A stretch of 55,243 bases of DNA from a virus. Lineage: Duplodnaviria > Caudoviricetes. Where the stretch lies: positions 1 to 55,243 of IMG/VR virus record IMGVR_UViG_3300025669_000038; one strand, given 5' to 3'. Positions within the stretch are counted from its first letter, which is position 1. Every line of letters begins with the position of its first letter. Below the pieces are notes generated by a model, which did no database searches, was not told where the DNA came from, and was given only the letters and a program-made list of their open reading frames with translations. A program made the translations under genes and the position numbers. Below are positions 36,341 through 45,978 of this stretch, in pieces.

Positions 36341-36754
36341 CTATGGCTTTCCTTCTAATTGTCCGTATGGCGCTGCGTCTAACACAACAAGCAGCTCGTT
36401 CGCCAACTCAACAGCCTTCACACCTGACCCCGCTGCAGCCATATCACCAAGTGGAAGCATCGCAATGGATCTGACGTAGCCTCTAGCTGTTGCGATCACT
36501 TTGTTTGCATCCTTAGTCCACTCACTGAACGGGATGGCTCTGTTGTTGATCCCATTGTCGTTAGTCATCTCAATCTCCTTGTGTCTGCGTACTTGCCCCG
36601 TAGCTCTATTGTCACGAAACGCTCTGAACTGTGGCTGTCCATCTTCTATGCGAAAGTCCATCTTGTGAACTAGCCCGCAATCACAGCACGCCATCTTGTA
36701 TCCTTCAAGAACCGGCTGAACCCATTCGCCTTCATCTGGCTGTTCGTATCTCAT
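36341..36754 (-). CDS. Hypothetical protein (CCDCGLVH motif), probably two fused genes
   Basis: Internal SD AAGGAG plus ATG (MTNDNG). Confidence 0.55.
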   Translation of the reverse strand: MRYEQPDEGEWVQPVLEGYKMACCDCGLVHKMDFRIEDGQPQFRAFRDNRATGQVRRHKEIEMTNDNGINNRAIPFSEWTKDANKVIATARGYVRSIAMLPLGDMAAAGSGVKAVELANELLVVLDAAPYGQLEGKP

Positions 36755-37047
36755 CGCTCATCCTCGACAGGCATGGCCAGGAACGTAACCGGGAACTTCC
36801 AGGTTTTGCTGTAGACCACCCGACACCTCACTGTGCCTTTGAACTCATCACGAACTCCAACATCGTAGACCGCAACGGTATTCGTCCTCTTCTCAATCAG
36901 CTGGCAGTTGCCTTTGCGAATGTCATCCCCTATCTGCAGAATCGTATCAGCTCCGATGAAGATTCCATACCGCTGTTTGGCTCTCTTGATCGCATGAAGG
37001 ATCTTGCACATGCGCCATTTGTCTTTGCGCTGTTTGTCTCGTATCAA
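36751..37047 (-). CDS. Hypothetical protein (HAIKRAKQRY motif)
   Basis: 4-nt overlaps with both neighbours. Confidence 0.5.
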   Translation of the reverse strand: MIRDKQRKDKWRMCKILHAIKRAKQRYGIFIGADTILQIGDDIRKGNCQLIEKRTNTVAVYDVGVRDEFKGTVRCRVVYSKTWKFPVTFLAMPVEDER

Positions 37048-37328
37048 TTCACTGACACTAGGCGTCCTTTTCCAGCGTTCCGGTACTCCAACCGTTTCCC
37101 CGTCTCTGCCATGTCCTTCATGCCACTCGGAGCGAATCCGAACGATAGCAACCTGTCATTTCTCAGCTTCAGAGCAACCGGGAAGACGCCATCTGCTCGC
37201 AGCTCAAACCCGATGAACAACCATCTGCCTTCACCAACTGTGAAATCAGTACAACCGCCAACGTCGTTCACGCTGACGACATACCCACGATTCACCTTCT
37301 TCACTTCGGCTACCGTATGGACGATCAC
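37044..37328 (-). CDS. Hypothetical protein
   Basis: Gene packing. Confidence 0.45.
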   Translation of the reverse strand: MIVHTVAEVKKVNRGYVVSVNDVGGCTDFTVGEGRWLFIGFELRADGVFPVALKLRNDRLLSFGFAPSGMKDMAETGKRLEYRNAGKGRLVSVN

Positions 37329-37416
37329 TCAAATCCCTTTGCTGTGTCCATACAATGTGATGCAGGTATTGGCAGGAATGGAGAGCGAGCTAAGGCAAGG
37401 GCAACCCTGTTATCAT

Positions 37417-37851
37417 TCATCCTCCCCCGTGCTCATTCATCGTCTGAGGCTTGAACATCCACCACGGCGAAATCGTGATATATTCTGCTTTGGCGATGAG
37501 ATCGTTCAGATCGCGTATTGTGTTTTGGATCTCGCGCTTGATCTCAAGCCCTTCTAGTCCTTGTCCGAGTGTTGCATCGTCAGATATTAGAGCTGTCTGC
37601 TGCTCTATTGTGCGCTCTAACGCCGCAATCTTGAATGGGATTGATAAGCACGTCGTGTGCTGACTGATTGTTATTAGCACACTAATCCCTAGGGCTACAA
37701 TTAACAGCACACTTCCTAATGCTGATAACCATTCAGCTCCTTTATGTTTTATAAACGCCAACCCTGTGACAATCAGGCTGATAGACACCACGCACAAGCT
37801 ACACAACAACCACACAGTAAACACCACGCCTCCTTTGAAACAAACCACCAA
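37417..37851 (-). CDS. Membrane protein, two TM helices plus coiled coil
   Basis: Two hydrophobic segments; AT-rich. Confidence 0.6.
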   Translation of the reverse strand: MVVCFKGGVVFTVWLLCSLCVVSISLIVTGLAFIKHKGAEWLSALGSVLLIVALGISVLITISQHTTCLSIPFKIAALERTIEQQTALISDDATLGQGLEGLEIKREIQNTIRDLNDLIAKAEYITISPWWMFKPQTMNEHGGG

Positions 37852-37872
37852 TCTCCTTCAGCTTAATTGGAA

Positions 37873-38139
37873 TCAAGCAAACGCGTCAAAAACAATCTTG
37901 CTGGCCCCACATTCGGCGCATGTAACCTTTAGGTATCCTCCTGTCCAAGGTGCGTCAATCCAGTTCACTAGAAACTTGCTCGAGCCACACGTACATTTAA
38001 CTGTTGACTTCTCCTCTCGCGCAGTTTCATCGAGATAGTGTTTTTCCGCCTCTCTGTTGGTGTTCGCTTTGTATTTCATCTCTATGTTCATTTCTTCTCC
38101 CTCTTTACCACCCGAAGTCAGGGCAGCAGAACTCCACAT
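37873..38139 (-). CDS. Small Zn-ribbon protein
   Basis: CTCG...CAECG; start probably MNIEM. Confidence 0.55.
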   Translation of the reverse strand: MWSSAALTSGGKEGEEMNIEMKYKANTNREAEKHYLDETAREEKSTVKCTCGSSKFLVNWIDAPWTGGYLKVTCAECGASKIVFDAFA

Positions 38140-38341
38140 CCGACCTGTCCGTCAGTTCTGCACAGCACAAGGGGTACTTACCTATGTCTGGATTTGCTTC
38201 CAAGTACAGCTCTTTTGCCCGTGCCTCAGTAGCGGCTAGAACTATCGTCCCAGACGAACCATAGCATTCTGGTTCTACGTGATAGATCTTCATCCGCGCC
38301 TCGTCCAAGATCGCTTCATTCTGAATCATCCGTTCCTCCAA
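38105..38341 (-). CDS. Hypothetical protein
   Basis: IVLAATEARAKEL motif. Confidence 0.5.
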   Translation of the reverse strand: MEERMIQNEAILDEARMKIYHVEPECYGSSGTIVLAATEARAKELYLEANPDIGKYPLCCAELTDRSDVEFCCPDFGW

Positions 38342-38459
38342 TCTGATGCCCCTTGCTCTGCTGCGTATTTGCAGGACTCACATCTCACTGCGCGTTCAAT
38401 CGGATTGTGATATACGATGTTGATCAACACAGCCCCGCAGTTAGGACATAGTTCATTCA

Positions 38460-38669
38460 TCATAGACCTCCGTCCATTGATCCATCAGCCGGGATTGATC
38501 CACCAATCAAGAGCGGGCACCAATCTGGCGGCGGACCATATTCATGAACAGCCCCAGGGGTGTAGGTGCCTGAAACATCCGGCACATCTATAAGCGGATG
38601 GACACAGCTAGTCCACATGAAGAAATCCTTTATGTGCGTACATTCACCGCACGTCTTTGGATCTTTCAT
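38460..38669 (-). CDS. Cys-rich protein (PDWCPL motif)
   Basis: CGEC...C...PPDWCPL; SD GGAGGTG. Confidence 0.6.
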   Translation of the reverse strand: MKDPKTCGECTHIKDFFMWTSCVHPLIDVPDVSGTYTPGAVHEYGPPPDWCPLLIGGSIPADGSMDGGL

Positions 38670-38681
38670 TTGTCACCTCCT

Positions 38682-38939
38682 CTAACCAGAATGGACTATA
38701 TAGTACAGCCCGCAGACAACACACCGCGCGGATGTTTCCCATTCGGCTGTGCGTAACACCTCAAACCTCTTCGATCCGCAGCCACGGCAAACTAGACGAT
38801 CAAACGGTTCGTTGTCTGACGTAAACTCCTCTGTGCGTCTACCTTTATTCCATGTTTTAAGCGTTCCTTCACTCCACGTCATATCATTGCGCTTGACATT
38901 ATCCGCGCTAGGATTTAATACTCCTTCACACTCATTCAT
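38682..38939 (-). CDS. Small Zn-ribbon protein
   Basis: CRGCG...CVVCG; SD GGAGGA. Confidence 0.6.
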   Translation of the reverse strand: MNECEGVLNPSADNVKRNDMTWSEGTLKTWNKGRRTEEFTSDNEPFDRLVCRGCGSKRFEVLRTAEWETSARCVVCGLYYIVHSG

Positions 38940-39102
38940 CGTCTTGTTCCTCCCTCACTAAATCCTGCCCTTCTAACAACCCCTCGTGAGGATCGCTTTC
39001 AGCTTTTCTTTGGTGTCGTCATCCAATGACGGGGACGCAATTAAGGCATATAGTAAATCGGTCATGTCGTTGTAGCGACTCATCACTCCTCCCTGAGAAT
39101 AT

Positions 39103-39426
39103 TCACTGCCGGGATGCGCCCTTCCTATCAAGCGGAAACGACATAGAGAATCCGCAAGTGTTGAATTGTAGGTCTATCGCCGCATCCTTGGCTTCGGCGA
39201 TCATCCGACTACGCTTGACGGCCTCTTCGTATTCTCCCTGACTTCCAGCGAAATTGAACATCCATGCCTCTGTTTCATTGTGTGGTTCCATCGAACCCAC
39301 AACACAAGTCATCCATAGTGCACTCACCTCTGGCGGTATCCTACACGCATTGTAATCGTGCTCGTTGGCTCTACATTCCAGTATGAATACTTGGCTTTCT
39401 AAAGCTTTGATACGCCTATTAAACAT
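39103..39426 (-). CDS. Hypothetical protein
   Basis: SD GAGG; gene packing. Confidence 0.5.
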   Translation of the reverse strand: MFNRRIKALESQVFILECRANEHDYNACRIPPEVSALWMTCVVGSMEPHNETEAWMFNFAGSQGEYEEAVKRSRMIAEAKDAAIDLQFNTCGFSMSFPLDRKGASRQ

Positions 39427-39463
39427 TATTCCTCTTTATGGGAGATCATCCGAGCACCGCTCT

Positions 39464-40057
39464 TTACTCTTCCAGGTATTTCGTAAGCTTCATTATGCCA
39501 GTCGCTTCATCTACCCAACTGCGTGGCACTAATACCATCGGTTCAAGCGGTCTATATTCGTGCATCCCTCCAAACCTCGAACAGCAATCAGGGCACCCCA
39601 GATACACTCCTGGGCATCTGTACCCAGGGAATCTCGGTGTTGGGTCTGTAATCGTTATCCATCTGGCGTTGTGACTGCCGCAACAAGTGCATTCGACTGT
39701 GCCATAAAGCTCTTCCTTTGCCGCCCTGAGCTTCTGATTCATTTCCTCCTTAATCTCTTTCTCTATAATGGTGCCTATTGGAACCTCTGCCCAGTATGTA
39801 ACTCCCTTCACCTGCCTATCGTACGATCCGAAATCAACCCATCCGCGAGGACCTGGGCCTCCTCCCAAAGCGCAACCTCCATTTTGCGACATGGCGACAT
39901 CTTCGCTCACGAACCGCGCCATTCTCATCGTCGGTGTTTCTTGCTTAGTATCCACGACAACGAAAAACTCCTTCGCGTAATTGTATTCTGGCAATCTATC
40001 AGCAGCAGATACAAAGTGTAGCTCTACAATTGTCTTATCCATAACGCACTCATTCAT
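39464..40057 (-). CDS. DUF551-like domain plus Zn-ribbon protein
   Basis: SAADRLPE...VTYWAEVP; CTCC and CPDC; SD AGGAGG. Confidence 0.6.
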   Translation of the reverse strand: MNECVMDKTIVELHFVSAADRLPEYNYAKEFFVVVDTKQETPTMRMARFVSEDVAMSQNGGCALGGGPGPRGWVDFGSYDRQVKGVTYWAEVPIGTIIEKEIKEEMNQKLRAAKEELYGTVECTCCGSHNARWITITDPTPRFPGYRCPGVYLGCPDCCSRFGGMHEYRPLEPMVLVPRSWVDEATGIMKLTKYLEE

Positions 40058-40087
40058 CGTCTTGCCTCCTGTTTTTATGCGTGACTC

Positions 40088-40120
40088 ATACTAGCGCGTA
40101 TCGAGAGGATTGTCAAGAGG
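40088..40120 (-). promoter_or_regulatory. Sigma70-type promoter with CCTCTYGA direct-repeat operator (copy 3)
   Basis: TTGACA-17-TAGTAT; CCTCTTGA-CAAT-CCTCTCGA. Confidence 0.8.
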
Positions 40121-40133
40121 TCTTCGCGATCAC

Positions 40134-40292
40134 TCAAATCCCTTTCCTGATCCGCCTTTCCGTTCTGCGCCGGGCACTTCTATTCCGTGCCTCAGCTTCG
40201 AGGCGCTCTAGTCGGACTGCAAGCCACACGCTCAGGCACACTAGGACCACAAAGCCAGCCGCCAGCACCCATACAACGCCCTCTAGATTCAT
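40134..40292 (-). CDS. Small membrane protein with basic C-terminus
   Basis: MNLEGVVWVLAAGFVVLVCLSVWLAV; ATGA overlap with upstream gene. Confidence 0.5.
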   Translation of the reverse strand: MNLEGVVWVLAAGFVVLVCLSVWLAVRLERLEAEARNRSARRRTERRIRKGI

Positions 40293-40597
40293 GGTCGATC
40301 CCTGAACTCGTGCTTGTCTCCACGCTGGCTCATGTACCAGTGAGCTCCCCACCACTCCACATTCCCCTGCAAGGCTTCAAAGATCTGCGTGTGCCGTGGA
40401 GAGGCCATCGTCATCGCTAGCTTTCTCGAACTCCTCGACAGAACTCCTGCTTGATCCCAGGCTTGCATGATGAATTTGGTCAAGCCGTCAAAGTCATCAG
40501 CATCCCACTCCTTGATTGCCTCGAGTGATTCAGCCTTCAACTCTCCGTTGTCCGTGAACTGCGGTTTCGGGTCTTTCTTTGCCATCTCAACCTCCAT
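40289..40597 (-). CDS. Hypothetical protein
   Basis: Follows TerL; SD GGAGG before MAKK. Confidence 0.55.
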   Translation of the reverse strand: MEVEMAKKDPKPQFTDNGELKAESLEAIKEWDADDFDGLTKFIMQAWDQAGVLSRSSRKLAMTMASPRHTQIFEALQGNVEWWGAHWYMSQRGDKHEFRDRP

Positions 40598-40599
40598 TT

Positions 40600-42189
40600 C
40601 TATTTCTTACCCATCGCTCGTGCCTTCTTCTTGCCCTTACGCGACAACCCGAATAACTCAGCAAGCCCATGCACTACCGCATCGAGATCATCAGGAGAAA
40701 GCATCGGCGGTCCTGTCCATGTCGTCTGCTGCAATTCAAGCGCCGGATATTTCCCTACATGATGGATCCTTCTTTGCGTGTACAGCCCTGACACGGGTTC
40801 AGCGCGGCCCTTCTTTGACTCGGAGGCGGTTATCCCGAGGTAATGTACATTCGGGTTTCTACCCCTTATGGCGGATCCTAGCCACTCGCCACCCTGGTTG
40901 ATCTCCGCGACAACCAAAGTCGCATCGAACCTATCATACGCCTCGATGACTTTCACAACAGCTCCATCAGGTGTGTAGATCCCCGAGAAGTTGGCCCGGA
41001 CATATCCATGCATCGTGTCCAACGCACCTATCATCGACTCCTCGCCTTCCCGGTAGAACGGGGCACCTGAAGACAAGACATAGATCCCATGCTTGGCACT
41101 CGTCTTCTTCGATGTCGTTGCAGGATCCCATCCGATAATGGTCCTGTACAACTTCGGTACCTGGCCATCCCCGATCCTCAGTGCCTCAATCAGTCCCATC
41201 TTCCACAGCGCACCGGTAACATCAGCAGACGGATTCTGTTCATACATCGCCTGCCACATTCGTTCATTGGCCATAACAGCGCGAATCTGCATCAATCTCT
41301 TCTTGCCGAACCTCTTAGGCCACAAGGCATCGCCAATCTGCTTTCGTCCAGTACCATCATTGATGGGCTTTCCCGTTCCATTCTCACCCTCGCCCACAGG
41401 TATACCAGTGGGCTTGCCATCAACACCAATGCCCTCTTCCTGTGCGGTGGCGGCAAACTCCACCACTTCCCAGACAACCCCGCTACTCTCTGCCTCTGCC
41501 TTCAACTGGCCTACTAGATCCTTGACGTGAAGGCGAGACATAACGAGGATGATTGCTGCGCCTGGGGCCATTCGCGTCATCAGTGTTGACTTGATCCACT
41601 TGAGGTCTTTTGCCTGATACGTTGGCGACTCAGCCTCTTCCATGCTCTTGTGTGGATCCTCGATCAATGCAAGCGCGGCACCTCTTCCCATCAGGGGGCC
41701 ATCAACTCCGGCCGCCTGTACCTTCCCTCGATGGTTGGCAACGTGCCATAACTCCACAGCGGATGTCTCTTTGGATAATTCCAGATCGAACAAAGGGGCT
41801 GCATAGTCCACGAATAGCCGTCTTGCATCTCTGGACATGTCCTTGGCTAGACTGGCTGTGTGTGCCCCTATGATGACTTCTTGATCTGGATTGCGGCCCA
41901 AGAACCACGCAGGTGCATTCCTTGATACAACCTCACTCTTGCCGTGGCGAGGCGCGATACACACCATGATTAGCTTGATCTCTTCATGCCCTCCATTGAT
42001 CCACGCCTCAGCTTCTTCAACCTTCTCGCATAGGATCTCCAAATGCTTATTACTCTTCCATCCGTTGTTGTCGCAAGTCCCACCTGAATATTCACAGAAC
42101 GCAGACAGACTTCCCTTCGCTTTCTCTCTGAGCGTCAGGCGTCTTTGTTCAATCGCTGTCTGGAGTGTTTTCGGCAATGTACTTATCAA
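40600..42189 (-). CDS. terL: Terminase large subunit
   Basis: Walker A APRHGKS, Walker B ALIEDP, AMYEQNP, nuclease GWDPA...AEINQGG...PDDLDA. Confidence 0.92.
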   Translation of the reverse strand: MISTLPKTLQTAIEQRRLTLREKAKGSLSAFCEYSGGTCDNNGWKSNKHLEILCEKVEEAEAWINGGHEEIKLIMVCIAPRHGKSEVVSRNAPAWFLGRNPDQEVIIGAHTASLAKDMSRDARRLFVDYAAPLFDLELSKETSAVELWHVANHRGKVQAAGVDGPLMGRGAALALIEDPHKSMEEAESPTYQAKDLKWIKSTLMTRMAPGAAIILVMSRLHVKDLVGQLKAEAESSGVVWEVVEFAATAQEEGIGVDGKPTGIPVGEGENGTGKPINDGTGRKQIGDALWPKRFGKKRLMQIRAVMANERMWQAMYEQNPSADVTGALWKMGLIEALRIGDGQVPKLYRTIIGWDPATTSKKTSAKHGIYVLSSGAPFYREGEESMIGALDTMHGYVRANFSGIYTPDGAVVKVIEAYDRFDATLVVAEINQGGEWLGSAIRGRNPNVHYLGITASESKKGRAEPVSGLYTQRRIHHVGKYPALELQQTTWTGPPMLSPDDLDAVVHGLAELFGLSRKGKKKARAMGKK

Positions 42190-42559
42190 GTATCTTCAGC
42201 CTCTCCTCTAGCTCTTCGTTGCTCAGCTTAGATAGGTCGTTGACTTGTATCGGGCCACCGTCTGGCCCTGAGTGCTCGTGCTTAGACGCATCAGACTGGC
42301 CAAGCATTTGGGTGCCCATCCACTTCAACATCTGCGGGTTGCCGTCTTTGATGGCTGACTTCAACTGCGCTTTCCTAAGCGATATCCGTATGCGCGCGCG
42401 CCCGCGCACGATAGCTTCCGCAATGCCTGGCTCTTCCTTCCTGCGTCGATCGAGAGTATCAGTTGAGACGCCAAGGCCACTTGCGATCTCTTCCATAGTA
42501 CAATCATACGATGCTAGCGTCTCTACTTTTGCGGAATCGAGCTTGATCTTCTTACCCAT
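42149..42559 (-). CDS. terS: Terminase small subunit
   Basis: HTH (CTMEEIASGLGVSTDTL), EHSGPDGGPIQ, DLSKLSNEEL; overlaps terL. Confidence 0.8.
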   Translation of the reverse strand: MGKKIKLDSAKVETLASYDCTMEEIASGLGVSTDTLDRRRKEEPGIAEAIVRGRARIRISLRKAQLKSAIKDGNPQMLKWMGTQMLGQSDASKHEHSGPDGGPIQVNDLSKLSNEELEERLKILDKYIAENTPDSD

Positions 42560-43817
42560 CGCACTTCACCGGCTCTAGTCCGTGTAATGCCATGCGCTCT
42601 AGCACCACAGCGACGTACTTCGGCTCCAGTTCCATGCCGTAACAGACGCGGCCCTCTTGCTCGGCAGCGACTACGGTTGTGCCTGAGCCGAGGAATGGGT
42701 CAGCTACTTGCCCCTCATGGTTGCGGATAGGACGCGCCATGCACTCGATAGGTTTCTGGGTCCCGTGGCCTTTGTCGCCCTTATCATCAACGACCAGCTT
42801 GATGTCCCATACCGTTGACTGGCTACGATCACCGATCCATTGAGCCTTGTTCCCCTTTCGGACAGCATACCAGCATGGTTCATGTCGCCAGTGGTAGTGG
42901 CCTCTCGAGATGGCAAAAATTGTCTTTCTCCAAATGATCTGGCTTCTGATTTGGAATCCAGCAGCGAGGATCGCACTTCCCGTTTCTATAATGTGGTCAC
43001 CGGGTGGTGACCAGGAATATAGGACTTTGCATGGCCAGTCACGAAAGACCTCTCCCCAATCCGTGCGATCGTCGTTCGATACCTCTCCTATGCGGCGAGC
43101 CGCATAGCTTATGTGTCCTTTCGCTGCAGCCTCGTTGCGCCAGTTCGGATCGTATTCAACTCCGTAAGGCGGATCAGTGACCATCAGATAAGGCTCTACC
43201 CCATCGAGCAGCACCTCCACATCCCCAGTGTCAGTTGAATCCCCACACATCACACGATGCGTCCCAGCCTTGCCGGGTATCTCCCATATCTGCCCACGCT
43301 CAACTTCCCACTTCTCAAGCAACTCGGCAGCCTTGTCAACCATCTTAGATGTGGCCTCGCTATCGTCTTCAGGCTCCTCTAAGTCCTCGAACCCCATCAC
43401 GTCCAGGTCGATGTCTTCGATCTCTCCGAGCAGGTCACCAAGCATATCATCGTCCCACTCAGCCAACGTTGAGATCTGATTATCTGCCAGCGCCAGAGCC
43501 TTGCGCCGTGGATCGTCCGTCTTCAGATCAACGCGGCGGACAACGATAAGCTCCTTGCCGGATGTCTCAATCTCTTTCACGGGGATGCCTAGTTTGATGG
43601 CCTCCTCGTAGACTGCGTTTCCCCCTATAACAACCCCAGAAGCGTCTACAACGATGGACCGACCAGCACCTAGTTCACGTAGAGACTTCTCAACGGCAGA
43701 CTTGTTGCGCTCAGGATGCGTTCGTGCATTACGCGGATCCAGCTTGTACGTCTTTTCCTTCTTCGCTTTCGGTACAGTCCGTGCGGCGTTTTTTTTGGGC
43801 ATGTTTTTCGTCGTCAC
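42552..43817 (-). CDS. ParB-like domain fused to N6A/N4C DNA methyltransferase (beta class)
   Basis: DPRNAR, ADNQIS; HRVMCGDST, TDPPY, HGTQKP, DPFLGSGTT. Confidence 0.9.
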   Translation of the reverse strand: MTTKNMPKKNAARTVPKAKKEKTYKLDPRNARTHPERNKSAVEKSLRELGAGRSIVVDASGVVIGGNAVYEEAIKLGIPVKEIETSGKELIVVRRVDLKTDDPRRKALALADNQISTLAEWDDDMLGDLLGEIEDIDLDVMGFEDLEEPEDDSEATSKMVDKAAELLEKWEVERGQIWEIPGKAGTHRVMCGDSTDTGDVEVLLDGVEPYLMVTDPPYGVEYDPNWRNEAAAKGHISYAARRIGEVSNDDRTDWGEVFRDWPCKVLYSWSPPGDHIIETGSAILAAGFQIRSQIIWRKTIFAISRGHYHWRHEPCWYAVRKGNKAQWIGDRSQSTVWDIKLVVDDKGDKGHGTQKPIECMARPIRNHEGQVADPFLGSGTTVVAAEQEGRVCYGMELEPKYVAVVLERMALHGLEPVKCDG

Positions 43818-43872
43818 CTTACGTCTCCTTTAGCCCCTTATTTACTGTCAGCCCTATTACACCGCTGTCTTT

Positions 43873-43929
43873 TCACTCAAGATACTTCAGGCACGCGGTC
43901 TCTTGTTTCGCTGTTAGTCCAGCCATCAT
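43873..43929 (-). pseudogene. Possible remnant of a different terminase small subunit
   Basis: MMAGLTAKQETACLKYLE* resembles the LTxKQExFCxEYL start of TerS proteins. Confidence 0.35.
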
Positions 43930-44288
43930 TCATCCTTCGGCTCCACAACAACATGCCCGAATGCCAGTGCCTCCAGGTTATCCAACAGTCGCCCTATGGC
44001 TATAGATTGCTCTTGTGCCATCCAATCGGTGTCCGGTTCTCCGTCATGGCTGGTTGCCAACCACCGTCTCTTTAGATGCTCCTCTATCTTCGCTAGCAAC
44101 AGAACCCAAACTCTATCTATCAGTATTCCATCCATATCACTTTTGAACCTCCATCCGTGCTCTCTCGCTTGCTGGTACGTGTCTCGCTTGTCATATCCTG
44201 CAAATGATCCAGGATTCCGCGTATCTTCACCTACGCACTTTGGACAGTCACAATACAAGTCGATCGAATATCCTCCAACTATCGGCAT
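43926..44288 (-). CDS. Zn-binding hypothetical protein
   Basis: LYCDCPKC...AREHGW. Confidence 0.55.
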   Translation of the reverse strand: MPIVGGYSIDLYCDCPKCVGEDTRNPGSFAGYDKRDTYQQAREHGWRFKSDMDGILIDRVWVLLLAKIEEHLKRRWLATSHDGEPDTDWMAQEQSIAIGRLLDNLEALAFGHVVVEPKDE

Positions 44289-44289
44289 G

Positions 44290-44481
44290 TCATAGCTTCT
44301 TCCCTCGTTGCTGTACTTCCTTGCCGGTTCTGCTCTTCATCGTCTTGCCGGTGATGGCCTTCGTGGTGCAAGCAAGGCAAAGTCCGTTGGCGCACCTTCC
44401 TGGCTTGCCGCACTCATCGCACTTGCTATCGTAGTTCACGTTAATGCTAAATCCCTTGCCCGTCGTTACTCCCTTCACCAA
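44290..44481 (-). CDS. Small Zn-finger protein
   Basis: CDEC...CLAC. Confidence 0.5.
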   Translation of the reverse strand: MVKGVTTGKGFSINVNYDSKCDECGKPGRCANGLCLACTTKAITGKTMKSRTGKEVQQRGKKL

Positions 44482-44743
44482 TCAGCTCGTCAGCACAATT
44501 CTGGCATAGCGTTCGGTTTCCTATCTTGGCGAAGGCAGCCAATGCCATCAGTTCGCCATCCTCGTGCGGCCTCTTGCACCAATAGCATCGATTCAAGTTC
44601 GCGATGTTTCTCGCCCTGGCGTCCCTAAACTTCGTTGACATCCTATGATAGTCGCGCTTACACCATCGGGCGCGGATCGTCTTCTTGTGAGCTGGGATAA
44701 TCCTAGACAGTTCCAGCGGCATAGCACTCATCCCCTTCAACAT
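44447..44743 (-). CDS. Small Zn-finger protein
   Basis: CYWC...CQNC. Confidence 0.55.
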   Translation of the reverse strand: MLKGMSAMPLELSRIIPAHKKTIRARWCKRDYHRMSTKFRDARARNIANLNRCYWCKRPHEDGELMALAAFAKIGNRTLCQNCADELIGEGSNDGQGI

Positions 44744-44913
44744 GGCGGATACGTCTCGCGCAAAGGCTCTTTGGCTGGCAGTGGACGTTGATAGGCGTCT
44801 CGCATCTTCTGAACTTCAGCAGCCGGCATGAAAAACGCATACGGACCAAACGTTACGCTGAGGATCTTTCTCCAATTCTCAATCTGCTGCGGCGTAAGCT
44901 TGCTATCCATCAT
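44737..44913 (-). CDS. 58-aa hypothetical protein
   Basis: Hand-read; SD GGAGGGAG; MMDSKLTPQQIENWRKIL. Confidence 0.55.
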   Translation of the reverse strand: MMDSKLTPQQIENWRKILSVTFGPYAFFMPAAEVQKMRDAYQRPLPAKEPLRETYPPC

Positions 44914-45167
44914 CTCCCTCCTCGAACCAAGCTAGGAACCTTCGTCATCCTTTGGCTGCATCGGTGGCCCATCACAGGGCGAGCGTCATGCTGCAATCCA
45001 CCATACCGTCGCAGCTCATTCAGTCTATTGCTCACAATCACCCACGCACATACGGCTGTCCACATTCCATCGATTGCTGTAGTCATAGAACTGAACGTCA
45101 TTTCCATCTTACTGAGCAAGTCGTCCATCACCACAGGAAGCATTTCTACTCTAGGCTCTAGGTGCAT
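44910..45167 (-). CDS. Hypothetical protein
   Basis: Gene packing. Confidence 0.4.
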   Translation of the reverse strand: MHLEPRVEMLPVVMDDLLSKMEMTFSSMTTAIDGMWTAVCAWVIVSNRLNELRRYGGLQHDARPVMGHRCSQRMTKVPSLVRGGR

Positions 45168-45333
45168 TTCTTCCCGCCTTCTCGTAGCCTAAGTGAGTTT
45201 CTGCCTGGGCTATACGTCGAGCGCGATAGGACCCGAGTACTACACGTGGCTGTCGATCAAATGCACCTATCCCGATCAGCCATCCGATAACGAACAATCC
45301 TCCGACACATTCGAGAACCACGAATCCGCTCAT
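45151..45333 (-). CDS. Small membrane protein
   Basis: MSGFVVLECVGGLFVIGWLIGIG; SD GGAGG. Confidence 0.5.
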   Translation of the reverse strand: MSGFVVLECVGGLFVIGWLIGIGAFDRQPRVVLGSYRARRIAQAETHLGYEKAGRNAPRA

Positions 45334-45590
45334 AGCCCCTCCCACTTATCCGGCGCGGCGAGCGCAGCCAAGTCGTGAAAATCCACAACCCTCACCGACA
45401 GTCCAAAAGCCGTCTCGTGCGAAACAAAGATGTCGTTCCCATGACCCCCGCCACAGATCTCCTCAGCCTCTTCACGAGAATACTTCCCAGCGTTAGTCAA
45501 GCTTGACGTGTACCCTGCTCTCAGTGGTTTCCAGAACAGGCACTTCCCTTGAGCCTTCTCCTTGGTCGTCACTATCACGAATCCGCTCAT
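45330..45590 (-). CDS. Conserved-looking phage protein (FW..xxxGYT..AGxYSxEEA motif)
   Basis: FWKPLRAGYTSSLTNAGKYSREEAE; SD GGAGGA. Confidence 0.6.
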   Translation of the reverse strand: MSGFVIVTTKEKAQGKCLFWKPLRAGYTSSLTNAGKYSREEAEEICGGGHGNDIFVSHETAFGLSVRVVDFHDLAALAAPDKWEGL

Positions 45591-45659
45591 TTATCCTCCA
45601 GTACTATGCCGTCGAGCCAACCGCACTTTCCTCAGACAGCATCTATATCCTTGTTTCTG

Positions 45660-45950
45660 CTAGGAAACCTCCGTTGTTGTCGTAACTGAAGACAGCGTCC
45701 ACTTCCCGCGTACCCGTCTTGGAATGTGCTCCCCGACCCAATCCAGTTCGGCTCGATGGAAACGCACCGTCTTGTTCCCGTCACGGATAGACACTACGTC
45801 ACTGCTGCATGACACGCTATCCACAAAGTACCTATAACCGTCGATTCTGACATACTGCCACCTCTGGCTCTTTGATAAACCTAATTTCAGTCTGAACGCC
45901 TGGCCATACATGCCATCTCCATCCCACGGCTTATCGGCTTTCAGGTACAT
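45660..45950 (-). CDS. Hypothetical protein
   Basis: SD GGAGG. Confidence 0.45.
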   Translation of the reverse strand: MYLKADKPWDGDGMYGQAFRLKLGLSKSQRWQYVRIDGYRYFVDSVSCSSDVVSIRDGNKTVRFHRAELDWVGEHIPRRVRGKWTLSSVTTTTEVS

Positions 45951-45978
45951 ACATCAGCCTCCTCTATTGAATTGCCCT

